Source of the DNA: a bacterium
Lineage (GTDB): Bacteria > Fidelibacterota > Fidelibacteria > Fidelibacterales > Fidelibacteraceae
Assembly (NCBI GenBank): GCA_963676395.1
Contig: OY781066.1
Span: forward strand, 192,001-256,000
DNA length: 64,000 bases
Reading direction: 5' to 3'
The notes beneath the pieces were generated by a model. That model was not told the DNA's origin. It saw only the letters and a program-made list of their open reading frames with translations, and did no database searches. A program made the translations under genes and the position numbers. This document shows, in pieces, positions 40,701 to 50,058 of the stretch (the stretch's first letter is position 1; the number at the start of each line of letters is the position of its first letter).

Positions 40701-40815
40701 ATGAATTATTATTAAGAATGATACGCTCATCATTCTTAGCAAAATTAAACCAATCACAAGAATTAAATATAAACAACAATGTTATGATCATGGATATTCT
40801 GAGTGTGGTCTTCAT
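37777..40815 (-). CDS. Lipoprotein: LVIVD-like propeller + DUF4114-like domain + beta-sandwich + polysaccharide deacetylase domain
   Basis: Lipobox FNSC; 'ESAGFKNSLGYY', 'GFEDVSR...DQDFDD'; deacetylase motifs 'VSFDDG', 'ISGH', 'FAYPNG', 'LNFH'. Confidence 0.75.
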   Translation of the reverse strand: MKTTLRISMIITLLFIFNSCDWFNFAKNDERIILNNNSSELGLRIEIKDEQIPMNGVGNVTLNKSSDEDSSSFVLVLRAEVAAPVYEGKTLRASHICIENDYAYVSYNREGEEYLGGIEVFDISDIHHPTLVSQAILTDTDVSSLSYKDGALYLAEAQNPYINDHLKSPAILEKMILNNGLLSDNTMQIDLDSYVTTDVDVSTDMVYACSGSNGFIYCLDPIDLSIDTIISASGDHQAIAIKDDKLVELSCGTSSSIVSRDLNTFQRLWEMNYTPAIPESKGAVAIDGNYAYVALNEHGLKVIDLSSGIVVDEIDRPETPAGTDDIDYVTNGVSINDELVLIANGASGVWVGKKVDDYPIEIYGSMDFNSSTNFVEGKDDVIFVASGFGGLKILEVQRYMPEEGDYLTLGDWDENGLPSYLEAEKDSIDDSLLQDIHKALPWIKSAPDHSPEFFNNVETNLIIDQDASLYITYIYESAGFKNSLGYYTFDPFNPPTSVDDIDDMTIIFPNTSQTGSGGSLEAGHTVYLGDFETGTGVGFFLVSNGWKDGEVTQGLYSHYTHFNLNPEMDASIRQHTVLLKDDERDILIMGFEDVSRKYASCDQDFDDTVFLIRSTPKNAYVTNNIPDMEINRDNYKVDYKEKNSVYDMTIAEGWRPFIETGYTQDNDVYVSGSSSAKIVVNSEASAARLTINPTDFSNKVIRIRFRVEDWDVLSRFDLRFYTNEELTDAYIFNFRNYFASPNDGEWYNIVLPRSAFEAIGNSPDWSTVREIIIRTTSTENTEVYIDEIELYRTRLSEGLVTVSFDDGFDETYTEGALYMEQYGLSGTAFVMPDEIGTPGFLTENQVDSLDELGWGISGHLNINLRYLDLNEVETKISQVSSWLKTRDYTGKNHFAYPNGSYNTRIQDIVLRYFSTARTIDGFNQPLEHIVSGNVNSRTIGYRNSTELLKAQIDDAIANNEWLILNFHKLVETAIDDIEYNISDFQEIIDYLYESGVTVLPYHEVIEQYGIDR

Positions 40816-41027
40816 TCTCTCTCCTCAAATAACCTAATTCATTCACTCTCAATGAATTATAATATTATATATAATATTTTCAAAGTGTTTTTTAATCACA
40901 AAAGCACTATTGCAAACCACTAAACTTAGTGTAAGTTTGATCATTATCTAAATAGCAGTCGTAATCATTAAACGAAAAAGATATGTTTTATCTTATATCA
41001 TAATAAAACTACACTATTTGTATGATC

Positions 41028-42911
41028 TTACTTTACAATAGGCATATTATCAATATGATATGCATTTTCGGGAATTGATTTTACGGTAAAGACCGCATCA
41101 TTAAAATCTTCATCACAGCTGCTTGATTCACGATCAGTATCTTCGAAAGCAAGAATCAATTGTGTTCTTGTTGAATCATTAAGCAGAACATTATGCTGAA
41201 GCAGCTGAGGATCAGCATCTGTATTAAAAGCATAATTCGAATAATGCGTATATATACCATCCGTCATAGTTCCATAATGCCAGCCTTTGGAAACCAGAAA
41301 AAACCCAACAGCAGTACCGGCGGGAAATTTACCCAAGTGTACCGTATGCCCGGAAAGCAATGAACCACCACTACCCTGTTGTGAGACATTTGGAAAGATA
41401 ATAGTCATGTCAGTTAGGTCTTCCGATGAAGTGGGGGGATTTGCTGGATCAAAAGTATAAAAACCAAGACTATTGGTCCAACCGGCACCTTCCATAATAA
41501 AGGTTACATACAGATCAGCTTCTTCGGTCATTTCTACATTTGTGGTTGTACTATCGAAATATTCAGGATGATCATTTGGTGCACTACTGTATTCCGGAAG
41601 TGCCTCGTCAACGTCATTCAGGAAACTTGTATCAACCGTATCAATTTCAGGCTCAAGATAATCCGGTAAACCGTTACTATCCCAATCACCCAAATTTAAA
41701 TAATCACCTTCTTCAGGATTATAGCGTTGTACTTCAAGGATCTTAAAACCGCCAAAACCGGTAGCCACAAAAATCACATCATTTTCTGCTTCAACAAAGT
41801 TTGTAGATGATTGAAATTCCATACTGCCATAAATATCAATTGCTTCACCATCGTATTTTTTACCTACCCAAACACCCGAGGCACCGTTTGCAATTAATAT
41901 GAGTTCTTCATTTATACTCACTGAATTGGTAACATAATCAATATCATCGCCACCGGGAACAGTTACGGGACGATCCATTTGATCAACCACCATTCCGGTG
42001 GTAATATCAATGACCTTTAATCCTTCGTCATTCATTGCAATATATGCATAATCGCCATCAAGTGTAATTTCTGATTTAGATTCAGGAATAGTTAAACCAC
42101 CTACTGAATATGTATTCAAAAAACCACCACTTGCCTGATCAAATATATTTAAGACAAATGGAGAACCCGATAGTAGGGCAACTTGTTCATCATTAATGGA
42201 GATAGAGCGAGCATCAGCTGCCAAATATGATGTATCAATAACAAGTGAATCCGGATCTATAACAAATAAACTACCTGTTGAGCCGGTTGTTACATAAAGT
42301 TTTTCATCACCAATCTTAACATCGGTTGCAACATATGAGCTTAGATCAAGCTTGCTTGTATTATTTGATAATAAACCACCATCTAAAATCATTTTTTCAA
42401 GCACAGCCGGTGTTGTTAAGGATGGATTTAGGTATGTACTAACGGCTTCTGCCAAATATAGCACACCATCTTTGTGATCCACTGAAGAGACATCGGTATC
42501 AACAATGATCGCCTGTGAGATTAACTGAGGATTACGCACATCACTGACATCAAAGACGTCTATACCACCAAGATATTCCTCACCTTCACGGTTGTATGTA
42601 ACATATGCTTTATCATTATCAATGGTAACATGAGTTGCACGCAAAGTTTTACCATTGTACACAGGTGCATCAACTTCAGCTCTTAACACCAATACAAAAT
42701 CAGAACTATCAACGACGTTAACTTTTTCAAATGTACGACCATTGACTCCATTCAGACCCATAATTTCATCTTTGATCTCAACACGAGCGGATAATTCACC
42801 GGGATTATTGTTGATCAAGATACGTGCATCATCCTGGCGGTTATTGAACCAATCACAAGATCCGGCCAAAACAGCAAGAATAATAAGCATTAAAGGTAGT
42901 TTTGTCTTCAT
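41028..42911 (-). CDS. Lipoprotein: LVIVD-like propeller + DUF4114-like domain (paralog of the adjacent gene)
   Basis: Lipobox AGSC; 'EGAGWTNSLGFY', 'AFEDTDR...DEDFND'; collinear with residues ~1-625 of 37777-40815. Confidence 0.75.
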   Translation of the reverse strand: MKTKLPLMLIILAVLAGSCDWFNNRQDDARILINNNPGELSARVEIKDEIMGLNGVNGRTFEKVNVVDSSDFVLVLRAEVDAPVYNGKTLRATHVTIDNDKAYVTYNREGEEYLGGIDVFDVSDVRNPQLISQAIIVDTDVSSVDHKDGVLYLAEAVSTYLNPSLTTPAVLEKMILDGGLLSNNTSKLDLSSYVATDVKIGDEKLYVTTGSTGSLFVIDPDSLVIDTSYLAADARSISINDEQVALLSGSPFVLNIFDQASGGFLNTYSVGGLTIPESKSEITLDGDYAYIAMNDEGLKVIDITTGMVVDQMDRPVTVPGGDDIDYVTNSVSINEELILIANGASGVWVGKKYDGEAIDIYGSMEFQSSTNFVEAENDVIFVATGFGGFKILEVQRYNPEEGDYLNLGDWDSNGLPDYLEPEIDTVDTSFLNDVDEALPEYSSAPNDHPEYFDSTTTNVEMTEEADLYVTFIMEGAGWTNSLGFYTFDPANPPTSSEDLTDMTIIFPNVSQQGSGGSLLSGHTVHLGKFPAGTAVGFFLVSKGWHYGTMTDGIYTHYSNYAFNTDADPQLLQHNVLLNDSTRTQLILAFEDTDRESSSCDEDFNDAVFTVKSIPENAYHIDNMPIVK

Positions 42912-43392
42912 TTCTCTCTCCTAAATTTTGTCTTCATTCATGAAGTTCATTTCATCGAACCTCACCTATACGACAAATTATAGCAAATATTCAACCGAAA
43001 TAAAAGAAAATTATCGAAATTAGGCATATATTAAATAATAATTAACTGTCAACAGGTCAATGATATATACCATATATACTTTCGATAATCAGACCCATTA
43101 TATTGATTTTTTCACTAAAAAGGTAATGCGATATTTTCATTAATAATGATAGTTGTATCTGCATCACTGCTCATTGCAGCAACATAGCCCAACGCTCAAT
43201 ACTTCCTGTGTTTGTAAACGTTTCCCCATTACATATTAAAGGAGCATCATCCCTTACGCTTATGCTGATGCCCGATAATTAAATAATATTAAGCATATAG
43301 GTGGACAAATTTTGTACCCTTGTGCAGTAATCATTAATCTATATATTTTAGTTAATTGTTTAATTTTCAATTGAAATGTAATGTGTTAATTG

Positions 43393-44403
43393 TCAATTAT
43401 TAAGCTCCTCAATTATCTCTTTCCTGATTTCCGAACCTTCGGGTGTCGGATACAACATCCCCACATGAAAAAGCCCTTCATATTCATGATATTTAAAGTC
43501 AATACCTAAATCGTTTGCCATATTGTTAAGTTTTCTACAATCGGCAACTAAAAGATCATGAGTCCCTACATACAAGGATATCGATGCCAAGCCCTCAAGA
43601 TCTCCATATATGGGAGATACCAGGTAGTGCTTCCTATCCACAGGTCCGGCATATTCATAACCGGCTTGTCTAATTGAAGAGATATTAAGAATAGGGTCAT
43701 CTTTATCGACTTCGATAATATCCGGATTATCAAGCGTTACATCAACACATGGTGATAAAAGGATCAATTGCTCCGGCTGCGGAAGTTTTTCAATTTTAAT
43801 TAATTGAGCCAAAGCCAAAGTCATGCCTCCCCCGGCAGAATCACCGATAATGCTAATGTCTTTTGGATCATGATCCCTTAATAAATCCTTATAGATCCTA
43901 AGTAGCAAATCAAACACATGTGTAACATTGTATTCGGGAGCCAAAGGATAGTCCGGTGCAACAACCTTTGCATGAAGTTGATCAATAATATGGCCTATAA
44001 AATACCAGTGCGCAGAAACAAAATTATATTTATATGCGCCACCATGGAGGTATAAAATAACCTTATTATTCATATCTTTGACAGGCTCCAAGGTCCAAAC
44101 ATTATGTCCCCACCTGTCATCAACATCAATATCATATCGCAAGTACAAACCGGTCAAAGGTCTAGCGGGAAATTTACGCGTCCTTTGATTAATATAATCA
44201 GACAACCGGTTTCCCTCTTTTACATTGGCCGAGCGCATACTATTCTCTAAAAATCTAGCCACCCAGCTTTGTCCCATAGTATCACTCATATCTTCCTCCT
44301 CAAAAATCAGCCAATTAATATCACGACATTGAAGATCACTTGGACTGATGATCAAAACCATTATAATAAAAACAAATGCTTTCTTTAATGTTCGAGTTAT
44401 CAT
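43393..44403 (-). CDS. Alpha/beta hydrolase (HSL-like esterase)
   Basis: HGGAY oxyanion motif, DYPLAP, GDSAGG nucleophile. Confidence 0.9.
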   Translation of the reverse strand: MITRTLKKAFVFIIMVLIISPSDLQCRDINWLIFEEEDMSDTMGQSWVARFLENSMRSANVKEGNRLSDYINQRTRKFPARPLTGLYLRYDIDVDDRWGHNVWTLEPVKDMNNKVILYLHGGAYKYNFVSAHWYFIGHIIDQLHAKVVAPDYPLAPEYNVTHVFDLLLRIYKDLLRDHDPKDISIIGDSAGGGMTLALAQLIKIEKLPQPEQLILLSPCVDVTLDNPDIIEVDKDDPILNISSIRQAGYEYAGPVDRKHYLVSPIYGDLEGLASISLYVGTHDLLVADCRKLNNMANDLGIDFKYHEYEGLFHVGMLYPTPEGSEIRKEIIEELNN

Positions 44404-44408
44404 ATCAC

Positions 44409-45287
44409 CTATTTTCTCAAGGCTTCAATGATTATATCTCTGCAAAGTTTCCCTTCTTCCGTGGGATACAACATCCCACAGTGAAGCATTTTATCAATTT
44501 TTACATAATTTATTTTTTTCTCTATAGAATGCAAAAGCTCAGGAAGTTTCGATGCATCGGGGAATAAAATATCGTGAGTTCCGGCATACATACTAATCGG
44601 TGCCAGAGTTTCCATCTTCCCGAAAAGTGGTGATAAACGTGGATCTTTCAAATCAAGTCCACCTGCGTAAGCCGCAGCGGAATCTTTTAGTCCCTGAATA
44701 TTCAAGATGGGATCAAGTTTGTCAACTTTCTTGATCTCAGGATTCTCCATACTTAAGTCAAGCCAGGGTGATAAAAGCACCAGTTCGGCGGGTTGTTCTT
44801 CTTCAGTCAGTTGCTGACACAATGCCAAAGCCAGACCCGCTCCGGCAGAATCACCCATAACAATAAGATCCTCTCTATTAATACCCTTGATCACATCACG
44901 ATATAATTTAAGCATCATGGGAAGCAATTCACTTGCTGTAGTATCAGGTGCCAGCGGATAATCGGGAGCTAAAATATGACAAGCGGTTTTTTTGTATAAT
45001 TCACTTAAAAAATACCAATGCCCCATCGAAAATCCAGATACATATGCACCACCATGCAGGTATAATATATGTTTTCCTGTCGCTTTAGCATTCGGTAAAA
45101 CCGATATTAATTTAATTGAGGCGGTATCCCGATAAGTAATAGTCGCATTAATAAAAAAATATGAAGGCGGCACTGAAACATTTTTCATTTTTCGAAAGCC
45201 TTCATAAGTGTTACGCTCTTTGAAACGAATCATATAAAAGACCCTATCGAGCAGACGGTCCGAGAAGCTTTTTTTCTTATTATTCAT
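44409..45287 (-). CDS. Alpha/beta hydrolase (HSL-like esterase), tandem paralog
   Basis: HGGAY, DYPLAP, GDSAGA, SPWLD. Confidence 0.9.
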   Translation of the reverse strand: MNNKKKSFSDRLLDRVFYMIRFKERNTYEGFRKMKNVSVPPSYFFINATITYRDTASIKLISVLPNAKATGKHILYLHGGAYVSGFSMGHWYFLSELYKKTACHILAPDYPLAPDTTASELLPMMLKLYRDVIKGINREDLIVMGDSAGAGLALALCQQLTEEEQPAELVLLSPWLDLSMENPEIKKVDKLDPILNIQGLKDSAAAYAGGLDLKDPRLSPLFGKMETLAPISMYAGTHDILFPDASKLPELLHSIEKKINYVKIDKMLHCGMLYPTEEGKLCRDIIIEALRK

Positions 45288-45672
45288 TCACAGAATATAA
45301 GAAATATTTCGAGTGAGAAAAATGATTTTCCGTTTTTAGCCATCCTGTTTGATTCTATTGGAATTTGAAGATGACTCTGACAATAACAAGAAAAATCAAT
45401 ACCCTCATTTTTTATATCATTTAAAACACGGCAAAAGGTATTTTTCAATTCGGAATTCATCAAAAAGGATGTAATCCTATTAACAAATTTGTCAAGTGGA
45501 AGGATATGTTGCATAAAGTGGATATAAAAATTAACCTATATCTCATCGAATTTCGATTGTTCACTCATTCGATTATTTTTGTCGCCTCCAATTTAAAAAA
45601 AATTAACAATGATTGTCTTTACATTCCCTCCTAAACTTTATACATTTCACCCTTAATATTAACGGAGTTCAT

Positions 45673-47622
45673 ATGCTAAACAGAAAAACACTTTTAATGA
45701 CACTTGTCACGCTGACTTTAAGCCTTAACCTCTATGCCGGTGGCTGGGAATATAATTCAAATATGTTTAATCCCAGCGGTGTACCCTCTTTAACCTTCTC
45801 TCAACCAAGATTTGCCGATATGGATGCCGATGGTGATTTGGATATGATCCTTGGATCTGGAGTCGGAGGACCATTATTCCTTAGTAATATTGGCAGTAAA
45901 ACTTCACCTAAATTTGTCCTTTCGGATAATATTTTCTCATCAATCAGTGAATTGGATGCCGAAGTTTCCGTTGCATATGATATTGATGCTGATGGTGACC
46001 TGGATATTATATGTGGTGGTTATACGGGATTAAATCTTTACCGTAACATTGGTAATGCTATCAACGCTTCCTTTGTAAAAGTCGACGATTTTTTTAATGA
46101 TATCAATGAAGGAGGTAATCCGGTCCCCGATATGGGTGATATTGACAACGATGGTGATCTTGATCTAATTGTTGGTAAAAGTGAAAGCGGTGAAATCCGT
46201 ATTTTTACTAACAGTGGATCGGATACGTCGGCAATTTTTCTTTCCAGTAATGCTTTAACACTGGATGATGTAGGATTGTATGCTTACCCGGTATTTACCG
46301 ATTTAGATAATGACGGTGATCTTGATATCGTCAGCGGAAAAGACGGATATGGTATTGTTTATTATAGAAACACCGGTACAGCGTCTGCCCCGGTATGGTC
46401 CGGATACGGTGGTCTTTTTCCTAGCATCGGCACTACAACATATTTTAACTCACCCGCAATGGTTGATATTAACAATGACGGTAAAATAGACCTGATCTAT
46501 GGAAACCATGACGGACCTTTAAAATATTTTAAAAACACCGGATCAAGCACCTCACCCAAATGGAGCGAAAATACAAGTTTATTTGGTGGCACTATTGATA
46601 TTGGCGCCGCAAGCACTCCCTTTTTCGTAGACAAAGATCGCGATGGTGACCTGGACATGATCACCGGTACACAAGCGGGTGATATTAAACTTTATAGAAA
46701 CGATGGCAATGCCAATACACCGGCGTTTACCTATTCTACCACCTACACACCATTAAAACATTCCATATACTCATCGGTATCATTCGCAGAAGCCAATGGC
46801 AATACCTCTTACGAAGCTCTGGTTGGCGATCTAAGCGGAAATATTTATTACCATACCGGATCTGGTTACAATTTTACTACAACATCAATGAATATTGGAA
46901 ACCACGGTGCTTGGTCTGCACCTCGATTTATTGACATGGATCATGATGGTGATATGGATATTGTTGTTGGAGATGAAGATGGGTACATATCGTACTACGA
47001 AAATACCGGATCAAGCACACAACCCTTATGGTCAATTATATTTGATTATTTCGATAGTTTGAAAGTTGGTGACAATGTCGTTCCAGCTTTTGCTGATCTT
47101 GATTTTGATGGGGATTATGATCTCTTGGCCGGATGTGGCTCTTATAAATTAAAGTATTTTGAAAATCAAGATGGCAATTGGGTTGAAGACACCACCATGG
47201 TGCAAGGACTTGTGGCCAAACAGAATGCTGCACCCGCCTTTGCGGACCTGGACGGTGATGGAGACCAGGATCTTATTATTGGGAATTACGACGGATATTT
47301 TGATTATTACGAAAATACTCGTGAAGTGGTTGCGATCAAAGAAACGGACATGCTCCCAAATTCTTATGAACTAGGTACATACCCCAATCCATTTAATCCA
47401 ACGACAACGATCAATTTTCAACTGGCAGTTGATAACGAGATCAATCTATCTATTTTCGATCTAAACGGAAAAATGATAGAAAAACTCTACAGTGGTTACA
47501 AACATGCCGGTATACATAACATCAAATGGAATGCCTCCAACTATAGTTCAGGTATTTATATTTGTCGTTTGATGGTTAATGGTAGAGTGGCTGAAAGTAA
47601 AAAGCTAACACTTCTAAAATAA
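45673..47622 (+). CDS. Secreted FG-GAP/VCBS-repeat protein with Por/T9SS-like CTD
   Basis: About ten DxDxDGDLD repeats; YPNPFNP CTD; GGAG RBS before ATG 45673. Confidence 0.85.
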   Translation: MLNRKTLLMTLVTLTLSLNLYAGGWEYNSNMFNPSGVPSLTFSQPRFADMDADGDLDMILGSGVGGPLFLSNIGSKTSPKFVLSDNIFSSISELDAEVSVAYDIDADGDLDIICGGYTGLNLYRNIGNAINASFVKVDDFFNDINEGGNPVPDMGDIDNDGDLDLIVGKSESGEIRIFTNSGSDTSAIFLSSNALTLDDVGLYAYPVFTDLDNDGDLDIVSGKDGYGIVYYRNTGTASAPVWSGYGGLFPSIGTTTYFNSPAMVDINNDGKIDLIYGNHDGPLKYFKNTGSSTSPKWSENTSLFGGTIDIGAASTPFFVDKDRDGDLDMITGTQAGDIKLYRNDGNANTPAFTYSTTYTPLKHSIYSSVSFAEANGNTSYEALVGDLSGNIYYHTGSGYNFTTTSMNIGNHGAWSAPRFIDMDHDGDMDIVVGDEDGYISYYENTGSSTQPLWSIIFDYFDSLKVGDNVVPAFADLDFDGDYDLLAGCGSYKLKYFENQDGNWVEDTTMVQGLVAKQNAAPAFADLDGDGDQDLIIGNYDGYFDYYENTREVVAIKETDMLPNSYELGTYPNPFNPTTTINFQLAVDNEINLSIFDLNGKMIEKLYSGYKHAGIHNIKWNASNYSSGIYICRLMVNGRVAESKKLTLLK

Positions 47623-47640
47623 TTTAATCTTAAAATGATC

Positions 47641-47668
47641 GTAAGGAACAGACATGTCTGTTCCTTAC
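47641..47668. repeat. Perfect 28-bp palindrome, GTAAGGAA family (may double as a terminator)
   Basis: GTAAGGAACAGACATGTCTGTTCCTTAC. Confidence 0.65.
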
Positions 47669-47762
47669 TGTTTTATCCGGTATTTTTTTTAAAGTCAAAT
47701 TATTTATTTGACTTTTCATGCTTATTATATATATTGTACATATACATTTTAAGGTTTACTAC

Positions 47763-48140
47763 ATGCACATTTTAATTAAAAACACAAACGGGGAGCCAAT
47801 CTATCAACAGATAGTGACCCAGATCAAAAGTCTAATCATATCCGGAGCACTAAGCGAAGGTTCTGCCCTACCCTCTATGCGCAATCTTGCAAAAGAGCTA
47901 AGAATCTCGGTGATTACCACCAAGCGAGCATACGAGGAACTGGAGCGAGATGGTTTTATTGAAAGCTTTACAGGGAAAGGCTCCTTTGTTGCCGCAAAAA
48001 ATACCGAATTGATTCGCGAAGAACAATACCGCATCATTGAGGAATTTTTGCAACAAGCCATTTCATCAGCAAAACTGGGTGGTATTGACCTAAATGAACT
48101 AGAAAATATGTTAAAGCTACTTTACGAGGAGTCAGAATGA
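47763..48140 (+). CDS. GntR-family regulator (YtrA subfamily)
   Basis: PIYQQIV, LPSMRNLAKELRISVITTKRAYEELE, GKGSFV. Confidence 0.92.
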   Translation: MHILIKNTNGEPIYQQIVTQIKSLIISGALSEGSALPSMRNLAKELRISVITTKRAYEELERDGFIESFTGKGSFVAAKNTELIREEQYRIIEEFLQQAISSAKLGGIDLNELENMLKLLYEESE

Positions 48141-48988
48141 ACGAATATATTTTAGAAATTAAAGATCTAAATAAAAAATATGATGGTTTTGCAATAAAAG
48201 ATCTAAACCTGCAATTACCTTATGGCTGTATTATGGGATTCATCGGTGAAAATGGCGCCGGAAAGTCCACAACGATCAAACTTATTCTAAATCTAATAAA
48301 CAGTGACAGTGGAGAAATTACACTATTTGGTGAGCAGAATTTCCCACTTTCAAAAAAGCTGAAAGAAAATATCGGTGTTGTACTGGATGAAAATAGCTTT
48401 CCTCAGGATTTAAGTGTAAATACCATTCACAAGATAATGAAAAATAGCTTTAAGAACTGGAATGAAATTAAATTCAACAACTATTTAAAGCGCTTTACCC
48501 TTCCTTTGGATAAAAAAATAAAAGATCTGTCTCGTGGTATGAAAATGAAACTGTCACTGGCTATTGCCTTATCACACCAAGCAAAACTGCTTATCCTTGA
48601 TGAAGCTACATCGGGACTGGACCCTATCATTCGTGATGAGATTCTGGACCTATTCATGGAATTCATTCAAGATGAGTCACATTCGATTCTTGTTTCATCT
48701 CACATTATGTCGGATCTGGAAAAAATCTCTGACTATATCGCATTTATTCATAGCGGTGAAATGGTATTTTGTGAAGAAAAAGACAAACTAATAGAAAAAT
48801 ATGGCTTATTAAAATGCTCACATGAAGAATTCGAGACCATTGATAAAGCTTATGTAATTGGACAAAGAAAACACAGCTTTGGTGTAGAAGCTTTAATCAA
48901 AAAAAACATGATAAAGGGCAATTTTCAAATAGAAGCGGCAGGAATAGAGGATATCATGTTATATAATGTTAAGGAGATAAACTCATGA
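48137..48988 (+). CDS. ABC transporter ATP-binding protein (YtrB-like)
   Basis: GENGAGKST, LSRGMKMK, LILDEATSGLDP, SSH. Confidence 0.92.
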   Translation: MNEYILEIKDLNKKYDGFAIKDLNLQLPYGCIMGFIGENGAGKSTTIKLILNLINSDSGEITLFGEQNFPLSKKLKENIGVVLDENSFPQDLSVNTIHKIMKNSFKNWNEIKFNNYLKRFTLPLDKKIKDLSRGMKMKLSLAIALSHQAKLLILDEATSGLDPIIRDEILDLFMEFIQDESHSILVSSHIMSDLEKISDYIAFIHSGEMVFCEEKDKLIEKYGLLKCSHEEFETIDKAYVIGQRKHSFGVEALIKKNMIKGNFQIEAAGIEDIMLYNVKEINS

Positions 48989-49581
48989 GAGGTTTAATTA
49001 TAAAAGATCTTGCAAATATGTTAACACAAAAACGTTTACTCCTGATCATTGGCGTATTGATCCTAAGTGGTTTGCTTATTCCGGGAATGAATGCCGATTT
49101 TGCTCTAGGGTTGATCTCAACCATTTCAATTATAGTCTTATTGACCCTTTTCTCATTAGACGAGCTGAGCAATTGGAATAAGTATGCACTGACGATGGGA
49201 TTATCAAGAAAAGATCTGGTTTTAAGCAAATACATAATAGCAATCATATTCTTGGGAGTTACATTTTTGCTTGCAGTAATTCTTGGGATAATTGTAGGGC
49301 AAAGAAGTCCCGGTGAAATAATTACCGTTGCCGGCTTGATCGCATCATCCACAGCTGTAATTATTTCTTTCCTTTTGCCCCCTATTTTTTACATTGGCGT
49401 TCAAAAAAGCAAATTATTCATCATGATACCTATTATGATCATGGCTTTACTAGGTAAATATATTCCGGATATCTCACATGTCCTGGCATACTTAAAATAT
49501 TTACCTCTGCTAGCCGTAGCCTTGCTTTTAATCTCAATACAAGTGTCATTGATGTTGATCGCTAAAAAGGAATTTAACTAG
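48985..49581 (+). CDS. ABC-2 type permease
   Basis: MRGLIIKD start, 'WNKYALTMGLSRKDLVLSKY', six hydrophobic segments, coupled to the ATPase. Confidence 0.85.
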   Translation: MRGLIIKDLANMLTQKRLLLIIGVLILSGLLIPGMNADFALGLISTISIIVLLTLFSLDELSNWNKYALTMGLSRKDLVLSKYIIAIIFLGVTFLLAVILGIIVGQRSPGEIITVAGLIASSTAVIISFLLPPIFYIGVQKSKLFIMIPIMIMALLGKYIPDISHVLAYLKYLPLLAVALLLISIQVSLMLIAKKEFN

Positions 49582-49662
49582 CAATAAATTAACGCAAATG
49601 TATGAATGACTCTTTAGTCACTCAATAAAGGAAAAGGCAGCCTCATAGGTCTGCCTTATTTT

Positions 49663-49980
49663 TTATTTCTTTTTCTTTCCGGCAGGTAGAACTCGTTCAC
49701 TCTGCCTCAAGAGTTCACAGAATTTTCGGGAATCCTCAAGTTCATCCGTAAGCAAATAAAAGTCTTTTGAGCCTTCATAAGCAGGTGCCAATTTGGGTTC
49801 ACCTAAAAGCTTTAAAGCCGCTTCATTGGGCTTAAGAAAAAACTGGTTATCGCAGACCAAACCCATGACTTTATCTTTGTAATATAAAGTTGCACCTCCA
49901 AACATATTTCGAGTGCGTACCCCATCCAGGTCAGATGCTTGGTCGAGGATGTAGTCAAGAAAATGTGGATCGTTTGGCAT
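49663..49980 (-). CDS. TfoX N-terminal-domain protein
   Basis: 'FLDYILDQ...RNMFGG...GLVCDNQFFLKP'; start placed at MPND. Confidence 0.8.
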   Translation of the reverse strand: MPNDPHFLDYILDQASDLDGVRTRNMFGGATLYYKDKVMGLVCDNQFFLKPNEAALKLLGEPKLAPAYEGSKDFYLLTDELEDSRKFCELLRQSERVLPAGKKKK

Positions 49981-50058
49981 AATGTTAGCTTTCTTTCTTA
50001 AAAGGTAAGGAACGGTCCAGTGCTTCGCCTGACGCGGTACGTCCATACCCTATTCTTA

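Noticed and set aside
42912..43392. Long intergenic stretch that might be a pseudogene or ncRNA
   Set aside because: Only short interrupted frames and no recognisable motif or structure; cannot be supported by eye.
45284..45514. 76-aa minus-strand ORF upstream of the esterases
   Set aside because: No recognisable motif or RBS; probably spurious in an AT-rich divergent promoter region.
49663..49980. TfoX-domain gene as a competence regulator linked to dprA
   Set aside because: Stand-alone TfoX_N proteins are widespread, it lies 40 kb from dprA, and nothing in the sequence links them.
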